Part shown: piece by piece, positions 9,159 to 17,988 of the stretch
Layout of the letters: every line of letters begins with the position of its first letter
How positions within the stretch are numbered: position 1 is the stretch's first letter
Assembly: GCA_049646585.1 (NCBI GenBank)
Contig: JBARWC010000118.1
Span: 30,680 to 94,679, forward strand
Direction: 5' to 3'
Length of the DNA: 64,000 nt
From: Burkholderiaceae bacterium
GTDB taxonomy: Bacteria; Pseudomonadota; Gammaproteobacteria; Burkholderiales; Burkholderiaceae_B
Program-made: the position numbers and the translations under genes
The notes under the pieces: generated by a model
The model's database searches: none
What the model was told of the DNA's origin: nothing
The model's input: the letters and a program-made list of their open reading frames with translations, nothing else

Positions 9159-10025
9159 ATGAACAAGCGCCAGACCCGTGTTTTCGCCATCGCTTCCACC
9201 GCCATTGCCACACTGCTGTTCCTGGGGCTTACGGTGGACAGCCACCGCCAGTTCCCCACCCTGACCAATTCCAAATCCATCACCGAAGAAGTCGTGCGCG
9301 GCCAGAACGTCTGGCACGCCTACAACTGCATCAACTGCCATACGATTTTCGGCGAAGGCGCCTACTACGCGCCCGACCTCACCAAAATCACCCAACACCG
9401 CGGCGCCCCCTACCTGACCGCCTTCCTGAAAGACCCCACCCAGTTCTACGACGAACAAAAACATCGCCGGCTGATGCCCAACCTGCACATGAAAGACCAG
9501 GAAATCTCCGACGTCATCGCCTTCATGGACTGGGTCAGCAAGGTCGACAACCAGGGCTGGCCGCCCCGGCCCATCCTGGTCACCGGCAGTTCCATACCCG
9601 GCACCGACCTTAGCATCGCCCAGCAGGACGAAAGCGGCGCGGGCCACAAGGGCGGCTTGCCGCCGGGCACTCGCCCGGTCAGCAGCGCCAACGACCCCAT
9701 CGCCCTGGGCCAGGCGCTGTTCCGCACCGTTACGCCCACCTGTTCCGCCTGCCACTCCACCGCCCCCGGCGTGAACCTGGCGGGCCCGACCCTGGCCAAC
9801 TTGGCCGCCACCGCCGAAAAAACCCTGGCTTCGCCCGACTACAAGGGCAAGGCCAAGACCGTGGAGGAATACATCCGGGAATCCATCGTCGAGCCCAGCG
9901 CCTACCTGCACCCCGGGCCCATGTATTCGGCCAATGGCGTGTCCTTCATGCCGCCGTCCTACGGCAAGGACCTGAGCACAGAGCAAATAGATCAACTGGT
10001 CGCCTATCTGGCGTCGTTCAAATAA
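9159..10025 (+). CDS. norC: Nitric-oxide reductase subunit C fused to a C-terminal class I cytochrome c domain (diheme)
   Basis: Residues 1-140 hold a TM anchor, CINCH, GEGAYYAPDL and WVSKVDNQGWPP, as in canonical NorC. Residues 141-178 form a Gly/Pro/Ser linker. Residues 179-288 hold a second CSACH with a downstream FMPP Met. Confidence 0.85.
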   Translation: MNKRQTRVFAIASTAIATLLFLGLTVDSHRQFPTLTNSKSITEEVVRGQNVWHAYNCINCHTIFGEGAYYAPDLTKITQHRGAPYLTAFLKDPTQFYDEQKHRRLMPNLHMKDQEISDVIAFMDWVSKVDNQGWPPRPILVTGSSIPGTDLSIAQQDESGAGHKGGLPPGTRPVSSANDPIALGQALFRTVTPTCSACHSTAPGVNLAGPTLANLAATAEKTLASPDYKGKAKTVEEYIRESIVEPSAYLHPGPMYSANGVSFMPPSYGKDLSTEQIDQLVAYLASFK

Positions 10026-10076
10026 CGGCTTAGCTCTTACGGAACACACGGAACAGCCACATACCCAGGAGTCGCC

Positions 10077-11462
10077 ATGCGTTACAGATCTCAATCGGTC
10101 GCCTATTGGTATTTCGCGCTAGCCATGATTCTTTTCGGACTGCAGTTGGTCTTCGGCCTGCTGTCCGCCTCGAAATACCTGGGCCCGGACCCCCTGCTGA
10201 ACATCCTGCCTTTCGACGTCACCAAAACCATACACACCAACCTGCTGATCGTCTGGGTGCTTACCGGCTTCATGGGCGCCACCTACTGGATCGTGGCGGA
10301 CGAATCGCGTTCGGAACTGCATAGCGTCAAGCTGGCCTACATCCAGCTCGTCCTGTGGGCCATCATGGGCGTCACCGCCGTCATCGGCTACCTGTTCGGC
10401 TACGGCACGGGCAACAAGCTGCTGGAACAGCCCCTGCCGAACAAGCTGCTGATCGTCGTCTGCATGCTGATCTTCCTGTACAACGTAGGCATGACCATAA
10501 AACGGTCGGGGCGCTTCACCACCACGGAAGGCGTGCTGCTGCTGGGCCTGGGCTCGTCCGCCGTGCTCTACCTGCCCGCCCTGCTGCACTACGAAAACTA
10601 CGTGGTGTCCATCTTCTACCGCTGGTGGACCATACACCTGTGGGTCGAAGGCGTGTGGGAAATGATCCAGGGCTCCTTCCTGGCCTACCTGCTGATACGG
10701 CTGTCCGGCGCTGACCGCGAAGTCCTGGAAAAATGGCTGTACGTCATCGTGGGGCTGGTCTTCATTGCCGGCATCCTGGGCACCGCGCACCACTATTACT
10801 GGGTTGGCGTGCCGTCCTACTGGCTGCCGCTGGGCGGCTTCTTCAGCGCACTTGAACCGGTCGCACTGGTGGGCATGGCCATGTACGCCTACTTCGCCAT
10901 ACGGCGCACCGGCATGCGCCACCCCAACGGCCTGGCCCTGCACTGGACCATAGGCAGCGCCGTCTTTACCCTGTTCGGCGCCGGCCTGCTGGGCCTGGCC
11001 CACACCTTTCCCGACATCAACAAATGGACGCACGGCACCCTGATCACCGCCATGCACGGCCACGCCGCCTTCTATGGCGCCTACGCCATGATCGTCATGG
11101 CCGTCATCAGCTACGCCATGCCCAGCATGCTGGTGGGCCGCAAGGAAGAAGGCAGCTCCATAGGCTACTGGGCCTTCTGGCTGCAGATCGCCGGCATGTT
11201 CGGCATGACGCTGTCCTTCGCCACCGCCGGCATCGGCCAGGTCTACCTGGAACGCGTCCTGGGCATAGGCTATCTGGACGTGCAGCTAAAAATACAGATC
11301 CACTTCCTGATGCTGATCGCCACGGCCTCGCTTTTCGCCGTCGGCGTGGGCCTGTTCATCTACGACTTCTTCCGCTACGCGCCGCGCCTGGTGCCCTCGG
11401 AAGACGCCGACACTGTCCAGAAGGCGCCGGCTGGCGGCTTGGCCAATGAACAAGCCGGCTGA
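10077..11462 (+). CDS. norB: Nitric-oxide reductase subunit B (cNOR type)
   Basis: 461 aa, 12-TM heme-copper-oxidase fold with HLWVEG, HHYYW and HGHAAFYG ligand motifs. Confidence 0.9.
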   Translation: MRYRSQSVAYWYFALAMILFGLQLVFGLLSASKYLGPDPLLNILPFDVTKTIHTNLLIVWVLTGFMGATYWIVADESRSELHSVKLAYIQLVLWAIMGVTAVIGYLFGYGTGNKLLEQPLPNKLLIVVCMLIFLYNVGMTIKRSGRFTTTEGVLLLGLGSSAVLYLPALLHYENYVVSIFYRWWTIHLWVEGVWEMIQGSFLAYLLIRLSGADREVLEKWLYVIVGLVFIAGILGTAHHYYWVGVPSYWLPLGGFFSALEPVALVGMAMYAYFAIRRTGMRHPNGLALHWTIGSAVFTLFGAGLLGLAHTFPDINKWTHGTLITAMHGHAAFYGAYAMIVMAVISYAMPSMLVGRKEEGSSIGYWAFWLQIAGMFGMTLSFATAGIGQVYLERVLGIGYLDVQLKIQIHFLMLIATASLFAVGVGLFIYDFFRYAPRLVPSEDADTVQKAPAGGLANEQAG

Positions 11463-12291
11463 TGTCCTAAGCCGCCTGCACGACGCGGCAGATAGCCAGG
11501 GCGCCCTTGACCCGGACCAAGCGCCCTACTACCTGCCCTGCGCCGACGAAGTCGAACTGTTCGAGCAATGCCACCGCAACGGCCTGGCCGTCATGCTGAA
11601 AGGCCCCACCGGCTGCGGCAAAACCCGCTTCGTCGAACACATGGCCTGGCGGCTGGGCCGGCCGCTGATCACCGTGTCCTGCCACGACGACCTTAGCGCC
11701 AGCGACCTGATCGGACGCTTCCTGATACGCCACGACAAAACCGTATGGCAGGACGGCCCCCTGACCACGGCAGTACGCAGCGGTGCCATCTGCTACCTGG
11801 ACGAAGTCGTTGAAGCCCGCCAGGACACCATCGTCGTCCTGCACCCGCTAACCGACTACCGCCGCAGCCTGTCCATCGACAAGACCGGCGAAACCCTGCA
11901 CGCCGCCCCCGGCTTCCAACTGGTCGTGTCCTACAACCCCGGCTACCAGCGCATGCTGAAAGACCTGAAGCCCAGCACGCGCCAGCGCTTCGTGGCCCTG
12001 GACTTCGACTTCCCCACGCCCGAACGCGAGGCCGACATCATCGTCCAGGAAAGCGGCGTAGCCCGCCCCACCGCCCAGGCCCTGGTAACGCTGGCGCACA
12101 AGCTGCGCGCCTTCCAGGACCGCGGCCTGGCCGAAGTGCCCAGCACCCGGCTGCTGGTCGCCACCGCGCAACTGATCGCCCAGGGCATCCCCGTCAAACG
12201 CGCCTGCCAGGTCGCCCTGGTATCGCCCCTATCGGACGACGCCTCGCTGGCCGGCGCCATGCGCGACCTGGTCGAGCTTAGCTTTCCCTAA
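11446..12291 (+). CDS. norQ: CbbQ/NirQ/NorQ-family AAA+ (MoxR-class) ATPase
   Basis: Walker A GPTGCGKT and Walker B CYLDEV. The start overlaps the norB end by 17 nt. Confidence 0.9.
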   Translation: MNKPADVLSRLHDAADSQGALDPDQAPYYLPCADEVELFEQCHRNGLAVMLKGPTGCGKTRFVEHMAWRLGRPLITVSCHDDLSASDLIGRFLIRHDKTVWQDGPLTTAVRSGAICYLDEVVEARQDTIVVLHPLTDYRRSLSIDKTGETLHAAPGFQLVVSYNPGYQRMLKDLKPSTRQRFVALDFDFPTPEREADIIVQESGVARPTAQALVTLAHKLRAFQDRGLAEVPSTRLLVATAQLIAQGIPVKRACQVALVSPLSDDASLAGAMRDLVELSFP

Positions 12292-12300
12292 GGCCGCGCC

Positions 12301-14337
12301 ATGGCCGAAGCGGAAGACGTCATTACCGATGCGGCCAGGCACGCCACCGTCTATGCGCGCGAGCTGTGGCTGCGCAAGCGCGGCAAAGCCCAGCCCGACT
12401 TCCTGACACTGGCCCAGGCCGCGCCGCGCCTGGACCTGCTGATCAACGCCGTCTTCGGACAAAGCTACCCCTTGCGCGTGGCCCACCCGCCCGCCATACC
12501 CACCCTGCTGACCCGATGGTTCCGCCGCCACGACATCATGCCCTCGGCCGCCCCCGTCCCTGCCACCGACGGCACATCCATCTGGCTGCCCAATGCCATC
12601 GAAACCGACGACCATGAACTGGCCATGGAACGCTTCCGCGTCATGGCCTTGCTGCAAGCCATGCGCATACAGCGCGGCAGCGTGCTTGCCATCGACAGCA
12701 TCACAACGCCGCGCATCCGCGCCATCTACCTATTGCTGGAAGCCCATGCCAGCGACCAGGCCCTGGCCGCCCTACTGCCCGGCATCGTCCCCGCCATCAA
12801 TCGCTTGCGGCTCGAATGCCTGGCCGGGCGCCCCGCAATAACCCGATTGCCGCGAGGCTGCCAGCCCATAGAACAATGGACGCAAGCCATACTGCGCTGC
12901 CCCCTCGGGCAAACCCTTGCGGACATCCCCTTGTGCCCCACCCCCGCGGCATCGCTTTCCACCGCCATGGAAATGGCTCGGGCACTGAAAGAGCATGACG
13001 ACGCCCAAGCGCGCGAGCCCCACGCCCACGCCTTGCACAAAGACAGCTGGACCGGCAAACTGCTGCCGCCCGCCGATACTTCGGACGGTGCAGAACAGCC
13101 TACCGCGCCCGGCGACGACCAGGCCCCATCCGCCCAGCCCCCACGCAGCGCCCGCATGCCGCGCCGCCCCAAAGAACGCAAGGCCAACGAAGACGAGGAC
13201 AACGATCAGCAAGGCGTATGGATGGTGCAAACCAACGCCCCCCTGGAAAAAGCCGAAGATCCCATGGGCATGCAGCGCCCCGCCGACCGCGACGAACAAA
13301 CCGCCGCCGAAGAATTCGCCGACGCCCTGTCGGAACTGCCGGAAGCCCGGTTGGTATCCACACCGGGCAAACCGCGAGAAGTCCTGCTGTCCGACGACCC
13401 GCCCGGCAAACGCAGCCGGGCCGGCGCAGCGCAGCCGGCGCCGGAAGCCCAATGGCGCTACCCCGAATGGGACTACCGCATCGACGGCTACCACCACCCC
13501 GGCGCCACCGTAAAAATGCAGACGCTGGAGCCCGGCCCACAAGCCTGGGTAGAGGCCACCCTGAAACTCCACCAAACCATGCTGGACACCCTGCGCAAGC
13601 GCTTCGAAATGCTGCGCGCCGAACGCGTCTGGCAACGCCGCCAACTGGACGGCGATGACATCGACCTGGACGCCTGCACCGAAGCCCTAGCCGACACCCG
13701 GGCCGGCCTGCCCATGCCACAGGCGCTATATAAACAGCAGCGCCCCCAGCGGCGCGACATGGCTATCATGCTGCTGATAGACATCAGCGGATCCACCGAC
13801 TCGTGGCTGTCCGCCAACCGGCGCATCATCGACGTCGAACGCGAAGCCCTGCTGCTGGTCGCCATCGCCCTGGAACGCCTGGGCGAGCCCTATTCCATAC
13901 AGGCCTTCTCCGGCGAAGGCCCACAAAGCGTCACCGTCAACGCCATCAAGGACTTCAAGGAGCCCTACGACAACGACATCGCACAGCGCATAGCCGCGCT
14001 AGAGCCCCAGCACTACACCCGCGCCGGCGCCGCCCTGCGCCACGCCAGCACCCTGCTGATGCAACAACCCGCCCGGCACCGGCTGTTATTGCTGCTATCC
14101 GACGGCAAGCCCAATGATGTGGATCAGTATGAAGGGCGCTACGGCGTGGAGGATATGCGAAGGGCTGTCGAGGAAGCCAAACAGCAAGGGATATTTCCCT
14201 TCTGCCTGACCATAGACCGGCAGGCGGCTGGGTATCTGCCGTCGATATTCGGGGCCAGGCAGTATGCGTTGCTGGGCAGGCCGGAAATGCTGCCGACCGT
14301 GCTGCTGGACTGGATGCGAAGGCTGATATCGCACTGA
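12301..14337 (+). CDS. norD: NorD, von Willebrand A-domain NOR activation protein
   Basis: 678 aa with a C-terminal VWA domain and MIDAS LLIDISGSTD. It starts 9 nt after norQ and has a central acidic/Pro-rich low-complexity region. Confidence 0.85.
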   Translation: MAEAEDVITDAARHATVYARELWLRKRGKAQPDFLTLAQAAPRLDLLINAVFGQSYPLRVAHPPAIPTLLTRWFRRHDIMPSAAPVPATDGTSIWLPNAIETDDHELAMERFRVMALLQAMRIQRGSVLAIDSITTPRIRAIYLLLEAHASDQALAALLPGIVPAINRLRLECLAGRPAITRLPRGCQPIEQWTQAILRCPLGQTLADIPLCPTPAASLSTAMEMARALKEHDDAQAREPHAHALHKDSWTGKLLPPADTSDGAEQPTAPGDDQAPSAQPPRSARMPRRPKERKANEDEDNDQQGVWMVQTNAPLEKAEDPMGMQRPADRDEQTAAEEFADALSELPEARLVSTPGKPREVLLSDDPPGKRSRAGAAQPAPEAQWRYPEWDYRIDGYHHPGATVKMQTLEPGPQAWVEATLKLHQTMLDTLRKRFEMLRAERVWQRRQLDGDDIDLDACTEALADTRAGLPMPQALYKQQRPQRRDMAIMLLIDISGSTDSWLSANRRIIDVEREALLLVAIALERLGEPYSIQAFSGEGPQSVTVNAIKDFKEPYDNDIAQRIAALEPQHYTRAGAALRHASTLLMQQPARHRLLLLLSDGKPNDVDQYEGRYGVEDMRRAVEEAKQQGIFPFCLTIDRQAAGYLPSIFGARQYALLGRPEMLPTVLLDWMRRLISH

Positions 14338-14346
14338 CGGCCGGCC

Positions 14347-14377
14347 TTGTGCAAAAATCCTCAGCCCTGCGTATAAT
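14347..14377 (+). promoter_or_regulatory. Possible sigma70 promoter of tRNA-Leu
   Basis: Perfect TATAAT at 14372-14377, with TTGTGC at 14347-14352. The spacer is a long 19 nt. The -10 element is 48 nt upstream of the tRNA. Confidence 0.35.
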
Positions 14378-14425
14378 TACGCCTTCCTGCCACGCGCTGT
14401 GTTCTGCAGCGCGACATGCTCGATT

Positions 14426-14510
14426 GCCCGGGTGGTGAAATTGGTAGACGCAGGGGACTCAAAATCCCCCGCCGCAAGGCGTGCCGGTTCGATTCCGGCC
14501 CCGGGCACCA
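14426..14510 (+). tRNA. tRNA-Leu (anticodon CAA)
   Basis: 85 nt: GCCCGGGTGGTGAAATTGGTAGACGCAGGGGACTCAAAATCCCCCGCCGCAAGGCGTGCCGGTTCGATTCCGGCCCCGGGCACCA. It has a long variable arm, anticodon loop CTCAAAA and an encoded CCA. Confidence 0.93.
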
Positions 14511-14523
14511 TCTAAAAAATCTT

Positions 14524-14966
14524 GGCTCTACCCCATTAACGGGGGATCCGGGCATTCATCAAACTCGGTTAATCACACCATTCCAACCGCATTGAGCCAA
14601 GACTCGCAGGCGGTAATTCTCAAAATTCCTGAATCCATACGCTCTGCGTGAGAGCATCTCCATCTTCGTGTGGAACCCCTCGGTGATCCCATTGGATTTG
14701 GAGAAGCGCCACATGCGTACGATGGGCTCGAGCCACGATCTTAACGTAGCAGCCAGGGCCCTGGCCGGACTTTGCTCAAACTGACCAATCAAGGCCAGAA
14801 ACTTGGGTAAGAGCCGCTGGGCTCGCTTGGCTCTCATGTTCTTCATCACCAGAAATCCGTTCAGTTGCTGCTTGGCGTAATACAGCGCCTGCAGCACGGG
14901 CGCCTGCGTCAGGTACTGGCGCAGCCGTTCCTTCTGTATCGAGGTTACCTTGGACCGGATGCGCGA
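14524..14966 (-). mobile_element. ISL3-family insertion sequence remnant (3' third of the transposase plus terminal repeat)
   Basis: The minus-strand frame 14966-14559 reads ..RIRSKVTSIQKERLRQYLTQAPVLQALYYAKQQL..SNGITEGFHTKMEMLSRRAYGFRNFENYRLRVLAQCG, an ISL3 transposase C-terminus. It has no N-terminal two thirds, and an in-frame TAA lies at 14969-14967. A GGCTCT.. end typical of ISL3 inverted repeats sits at 14524, 14 bp from the tRNA. Confidence 0.7.
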
Positions 14967-14994
14967 TTATGCAAATACATATAGATAAAAAGCT

Positions 14995-15774
14995 ATGAAC
15001 ACATTGCCCCATACAGCTACGAGCCTGGAAACCACTACCACTCGCGACACGATAGTCGACATAACTGGGCTGAATAAATGGTATGGCAATTATCATGCAC
15101 TCAAGGACATCAACCTGCAGGTGCAAAGCGGTGAACAGATTGTCATTTGCGGCCCGTCAGGGTCAGGCAAGTCGACACTCATACGCAGTATCAATCAGCT
15201 CGAAACGCATGAAAGCGGGACGATCATGATCAATGGCCGCGAAATCTCCAAATCCACGCCACGCATACACGAAATGCGCCGCGATATCGGCATGGTATTC
15301 CAGCACTTCAACCTTTTCCCCCATCTAACCGTATTACGCAATTGCACTTTGGCCCTGACCCGGGCACGCAAGATGGACCGCAAAAAGGCGGAAGACATTG
15401 CCCGGCATTACCTGGAACGAGTCCATATTTCCGAGCATGCGCATAAACACCCAAGCCAGCTATCTGGAGGCCAGCAACAGCGGGTCGCGATTGCCAGGGC
15501 ATTATGCATGAGTCCCAAGGTGATGCTGTTCGACGAACCCACTTCAGCCCTGGACCCTGAAATGATCAAAGAGGTGCTTGACGTGATGGTCAACCTTGCC
15601 CAAGACGGCATGACCATGCTTTGTGTCACCCACGAAATGGGCTTTGCCAAGACGGTCGCAGACCGCATTGTATTCATGGATCAAGGCCAAATCGTCGAGC
15701 AAGCGCCGCCCGCCCAGTTTTTCTCGGCGCCCCAGCATGAACGCAGCCGCGTATTTCTCAATCAAATTCTTTAA
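14995..15774 (+). CDS. Polar amino-acid-type ABC transporter ATP-binding protein (orphan)
   Basis: Walker [10 protein letters not shown], signature [15 protein letters not shown] and Walker [12 protein letters not shown]. No permease or binding-protein gene is adjacent. Confidence 0.85.
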   Translation: MNTLPHTATSLETTTTRDTIVDITGLNKWYGNYHALKDINLQVQSGEQIVICGPSGSGKSTLIRSINQLETHESGTIMINGREISKSTPRIHEMRRDIGMVFQHFNLFPHLTVLRNCTLALTRARKMDRKKAEDIARHYLERVHISEHAHKHPSQLSGGQQQRVAIARALCMSPKVMLFDEPTSALDPEMIKEVLDVMVNLAQDGMTMLCVTHEMGFAKTVADRIVFMDQGQIVEQAPPAQFFSAPQHERSRVFLNQIL

Positions 15775-15803
15775 CGGCGATGCCGTTATAAACAGGACCA
15801 GTC

Positions 15804-16808
15804 ATGTCAGACAAAAGCCGTATATGGACACGCATCGATCTCGATGCCGATGGCAAACAGAACGATTATTTATGGGTTTCGCATTCATCGGACTCATCGG
15901 CATACGGCTGCATTCCCGTTCCTGTTATCTGCATCCGTAACGGCGACGGGCCCACAACATTGTTGACCGCCGGCAACCACGGTGACGAATACGAAGGCCA
16001 GGTCGCCCTGATCCGGCTGGCACGTGAATTGAACTCAGAAAACGTGCGTGGACGCGTCATCATCATACCGTCGTTGAATTTTCCCGCCGTTGATGCCGGG
16101 AGGCGTGTTTCGCCCGTCGACAATGGCAACTTGAACCGCCTTTTTCCGGGGCTGGCCAACGGTAGCCCCACCGAGATGATCGCTCACTACGTGGACTCGG
16201 TTCTGCTTCCCCAATGCGATCTGGTCATCGATTTGCATTCTGGTGGCCGTTCTCTTGAATATACGCCCTGCGCCTTGGCTCGGCACAGCTCTGACCCCGA
16301 GCAATCCAGGCATATCTCGGAGCTTCTAGAGGTGTTCGGTGCGCCAGTATCCATCTTGACGGACGGTGCCGGAGGAGGCGCGGCCACGACACTGTATGCA
16401 GCGGCGAGCGCACGGGGAATCCCGGCGATTACAACAGAGCTTGGAGGCGGAGGAACCCTTACTCAGCCCGGATTGAGCATTGCAGAACAGGGAACACGGC
16501 GCGTACTGAAACATTACGGCATCACACCTGATGCAAAAGTTGAGCCAGGCTCTCCGCTACGGCTGTTCTCTTCCGGCGGCACAGCACGAGCCATCTATGC
16601 AACAGAAAAAGGCCTGTTCGAGCCCATGGCCACACCTGGTCAAGAAGTCTCGGCCGGTCAGCTGGCGGGCTATATTCATAGCTACGAGAAGCCCTTACAA
16701 GAACCGACCAGCCTATATTTCCCAGCGGACGGAATGGTTTCCTGCCGTCGCTTCCCTACATTGACCATGCCCGGAGACTGCCTGTTCAATCTGGCCCTTC
16801 CGCTATAG
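15804..16808 (+). CDS. Succinylglutamate desuccinylase/aspartoacylase-family zinc deacylase (DoeB-like)
   Basis: 334 aa with the GNHGDEYEGQ metal site, NLNRLFPG and a DLHSGG motif. Confidence 0.7.
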   Translation: MSDKSRIWTRIDLDADGKQNDYLWVSHSSDSSAYGCIPVPVICIRNGDGPTTLLTAGNHGDEYEGQVALIRLARELNSENVRGRVIIIPSLNFPAVDAGRRVSPVDNGNLNRLFPGLANGSPTEMIAHYVDSVLLPQCDLVIDLHSGGRSLEYTPCALARHSSDPEQSRHISELLEVFGAPVSILTDGAGGGAATTLYAAASARGIPAITTELGGGGTLTQPGLSIAEQGTRRVLKHYGITPDAKVEPGSPLRLFSSGGTARAIYATEKGLFEPMATPGQEVSAGQLAGYIHSYEKPLQEPTSLYFPADGMVSCRRFPTLTMPGDCLFNLALPL

Positions 16809-16981
16809 TTGAGGCTGCAGGGTGCAATCACTAGCAGCTTCGAAACCCGAGTAATAAATGTGGCGTAGCTGCGGCATGACCAATGCGCATTACTGAAAAA
16901 ACAGGCTGAATGAGAACGGCTTCCCCCTCCATTCTTGCTGCACCAATGATGGCGAATGTTGGGAAAGATCAGCGGGTAGCA

Positions 16982-17281
16982 GCCATCAAACAAAACAGAC
17001 GAAATCACTAAATCACTCGTCCGGTGATGGGGCAAACGGCTCTCAAAATAAGAGCCGTCTCCGGTATTCAAGACCTGCGTTTCCTCTCCCACTGTTAGCT
17101 CAATCTTCCCTTTGATGACTACGCCTGCTTCATGGGCAGAATGAGAAAGCGCCTCGCCCGACTCACCACCAGGGACATATCGTTCGTGCAGCAGCAACAC
17201 ATGGCGATTGGAATGATTGATTCCGACCATGCGGTATGACACGCTACCGCTCGGAACCTTGCTCCCTAGCGTACAGCCCAC
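16982..17281 (-). pseudogene. Cupin half of an XRE-cupin transcription regulator; the HTH half is missing
   Basis: LGSKVPSGSVSYRMVG..VPGGESGEALSHSAHEAGVVIKGKIELTVGEETQVLNTGDGSYFESRLPH matches the linker plus cupin domain of HTH-cupin regulators. No HTH lies upstream, because vapC abuts at 17266. The ORF tail runs 127 nt into the convergent deacylase gene. Confidence 0.4.
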
Positions 17282-17688
17282 GGATCGAAAATTGTCACGC
17301 CAGTTGATTGAAAATCGGCAACGTTTCGGGTCACCAAGATCATTCCATGAACGAGTGCCGTTGCTGCAATCAAGCTATCCATAGCTGGACCTGGGTCAGG
17401 CACATGAAGCGCCGCGCAGCGCTGAGCGACTGCAGTGTCAACCGACAGGATTCGACCAGCGAAGGCTGGTAAAACATGGTTCTCTAGCCAAGCTCGGAAA
17501 ATAGCGCCTTGCACCGGGTCGCGACGCTCGACTAACAGTATGCCGAGTTCCAGCTCCTGTATGGAAATTACTGACAAGTAGAGGTCTACCGCATCCACAC
17601 TATCAGCCCACTGTGCCACATTTTTGTCAGCCCGGCCAAGCCGAACTTTGCGCAGTTCAGAGACTACATTGGTATCAAGAAGGAACAT
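17266..17688 (-). CDS. vapC: PIN-domain ribonuclease toxin VapC
   Basis: 140 aa with MFLLDTNVVSE (first acidic residue) and ATALVHGMILVTRNVADF. The start overlaps the antitoxin stop (ATGA). Confidence 0.88.
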   Translation of the reverse strand: MFLLDTNVVSELRKVRLGRADKNVAQWADSVDAVDLYLSVISIQELELGILLVERRDPVQGAIFRAWLENHVLPAFAGRILSVDTAVAQRCAALHVPDPGPAMDSLIAATALVHGMILVTRNVADFQSTGVTIFDPWAVR

Positions 17689-17942
17689 CAGGAGAAATCC
17701 GCAGGCTTCGCCAGGTCACGCGAACGAGGGGCCTCAAAATCAACAGCGGCGATGCCCGGCATTGCCAGCAAATCAGCAATCTTCTTGTGGCTTCCAGTAA
17801 TGCTCTGGTAAAACTCGATGCTCATGAGAACATGGGCCGGCCGCCCTCGGTCAGTGATGAACACCGGCCCATTATTTGCAGCCCGTTTTGCCTCGCTTGC
17901 CCCTTGGTTGAACTCGCGGCTCGATATAGTGGTGATGGTCAT
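17688..17942 (-). CDS. vapB: Phd/YefM-type antitoxin (VapB role)
   Basis: 84 aa: MTITTISSREFNQGASEAKRAANNGPVFITDRGRPAHVLMSIEFY. Start moved to ATG 17942. Confidence 0.82.
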   Translation of the reverse strand: MTITTISSREFNQGASEAKRAANNGPVFITDRGRPAHVLMSIEFYQSITGSHKKIADLLAMPGIAAVDFEAPRSRDLAKPADFS

Positions 17943-17966
17943 AGCAGCACCTTGATGAAAAAACAC

Positions 17967-17988
17967 AATGTAGTAACGTTACTACATT
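17967..17988. promoter_or_regulatory. Perfect 22-bp palindrome, candidate vapBC operator
   Basis: AATGTAGTAAC|GTTACTACATT lies 25 bp upstream of the antitoxin start codon. Confidence 0.6.

Noticed and set aside
16682-16981. C-terminal 100 codons of the 199-aa cupin ORF
   Set aside because: It has no similarity to cupin regulators and overlaps the convergent deacylase gene by 127 nt. It is interpreted as read-through after loss of the native stop or frame, not as coding sequence.
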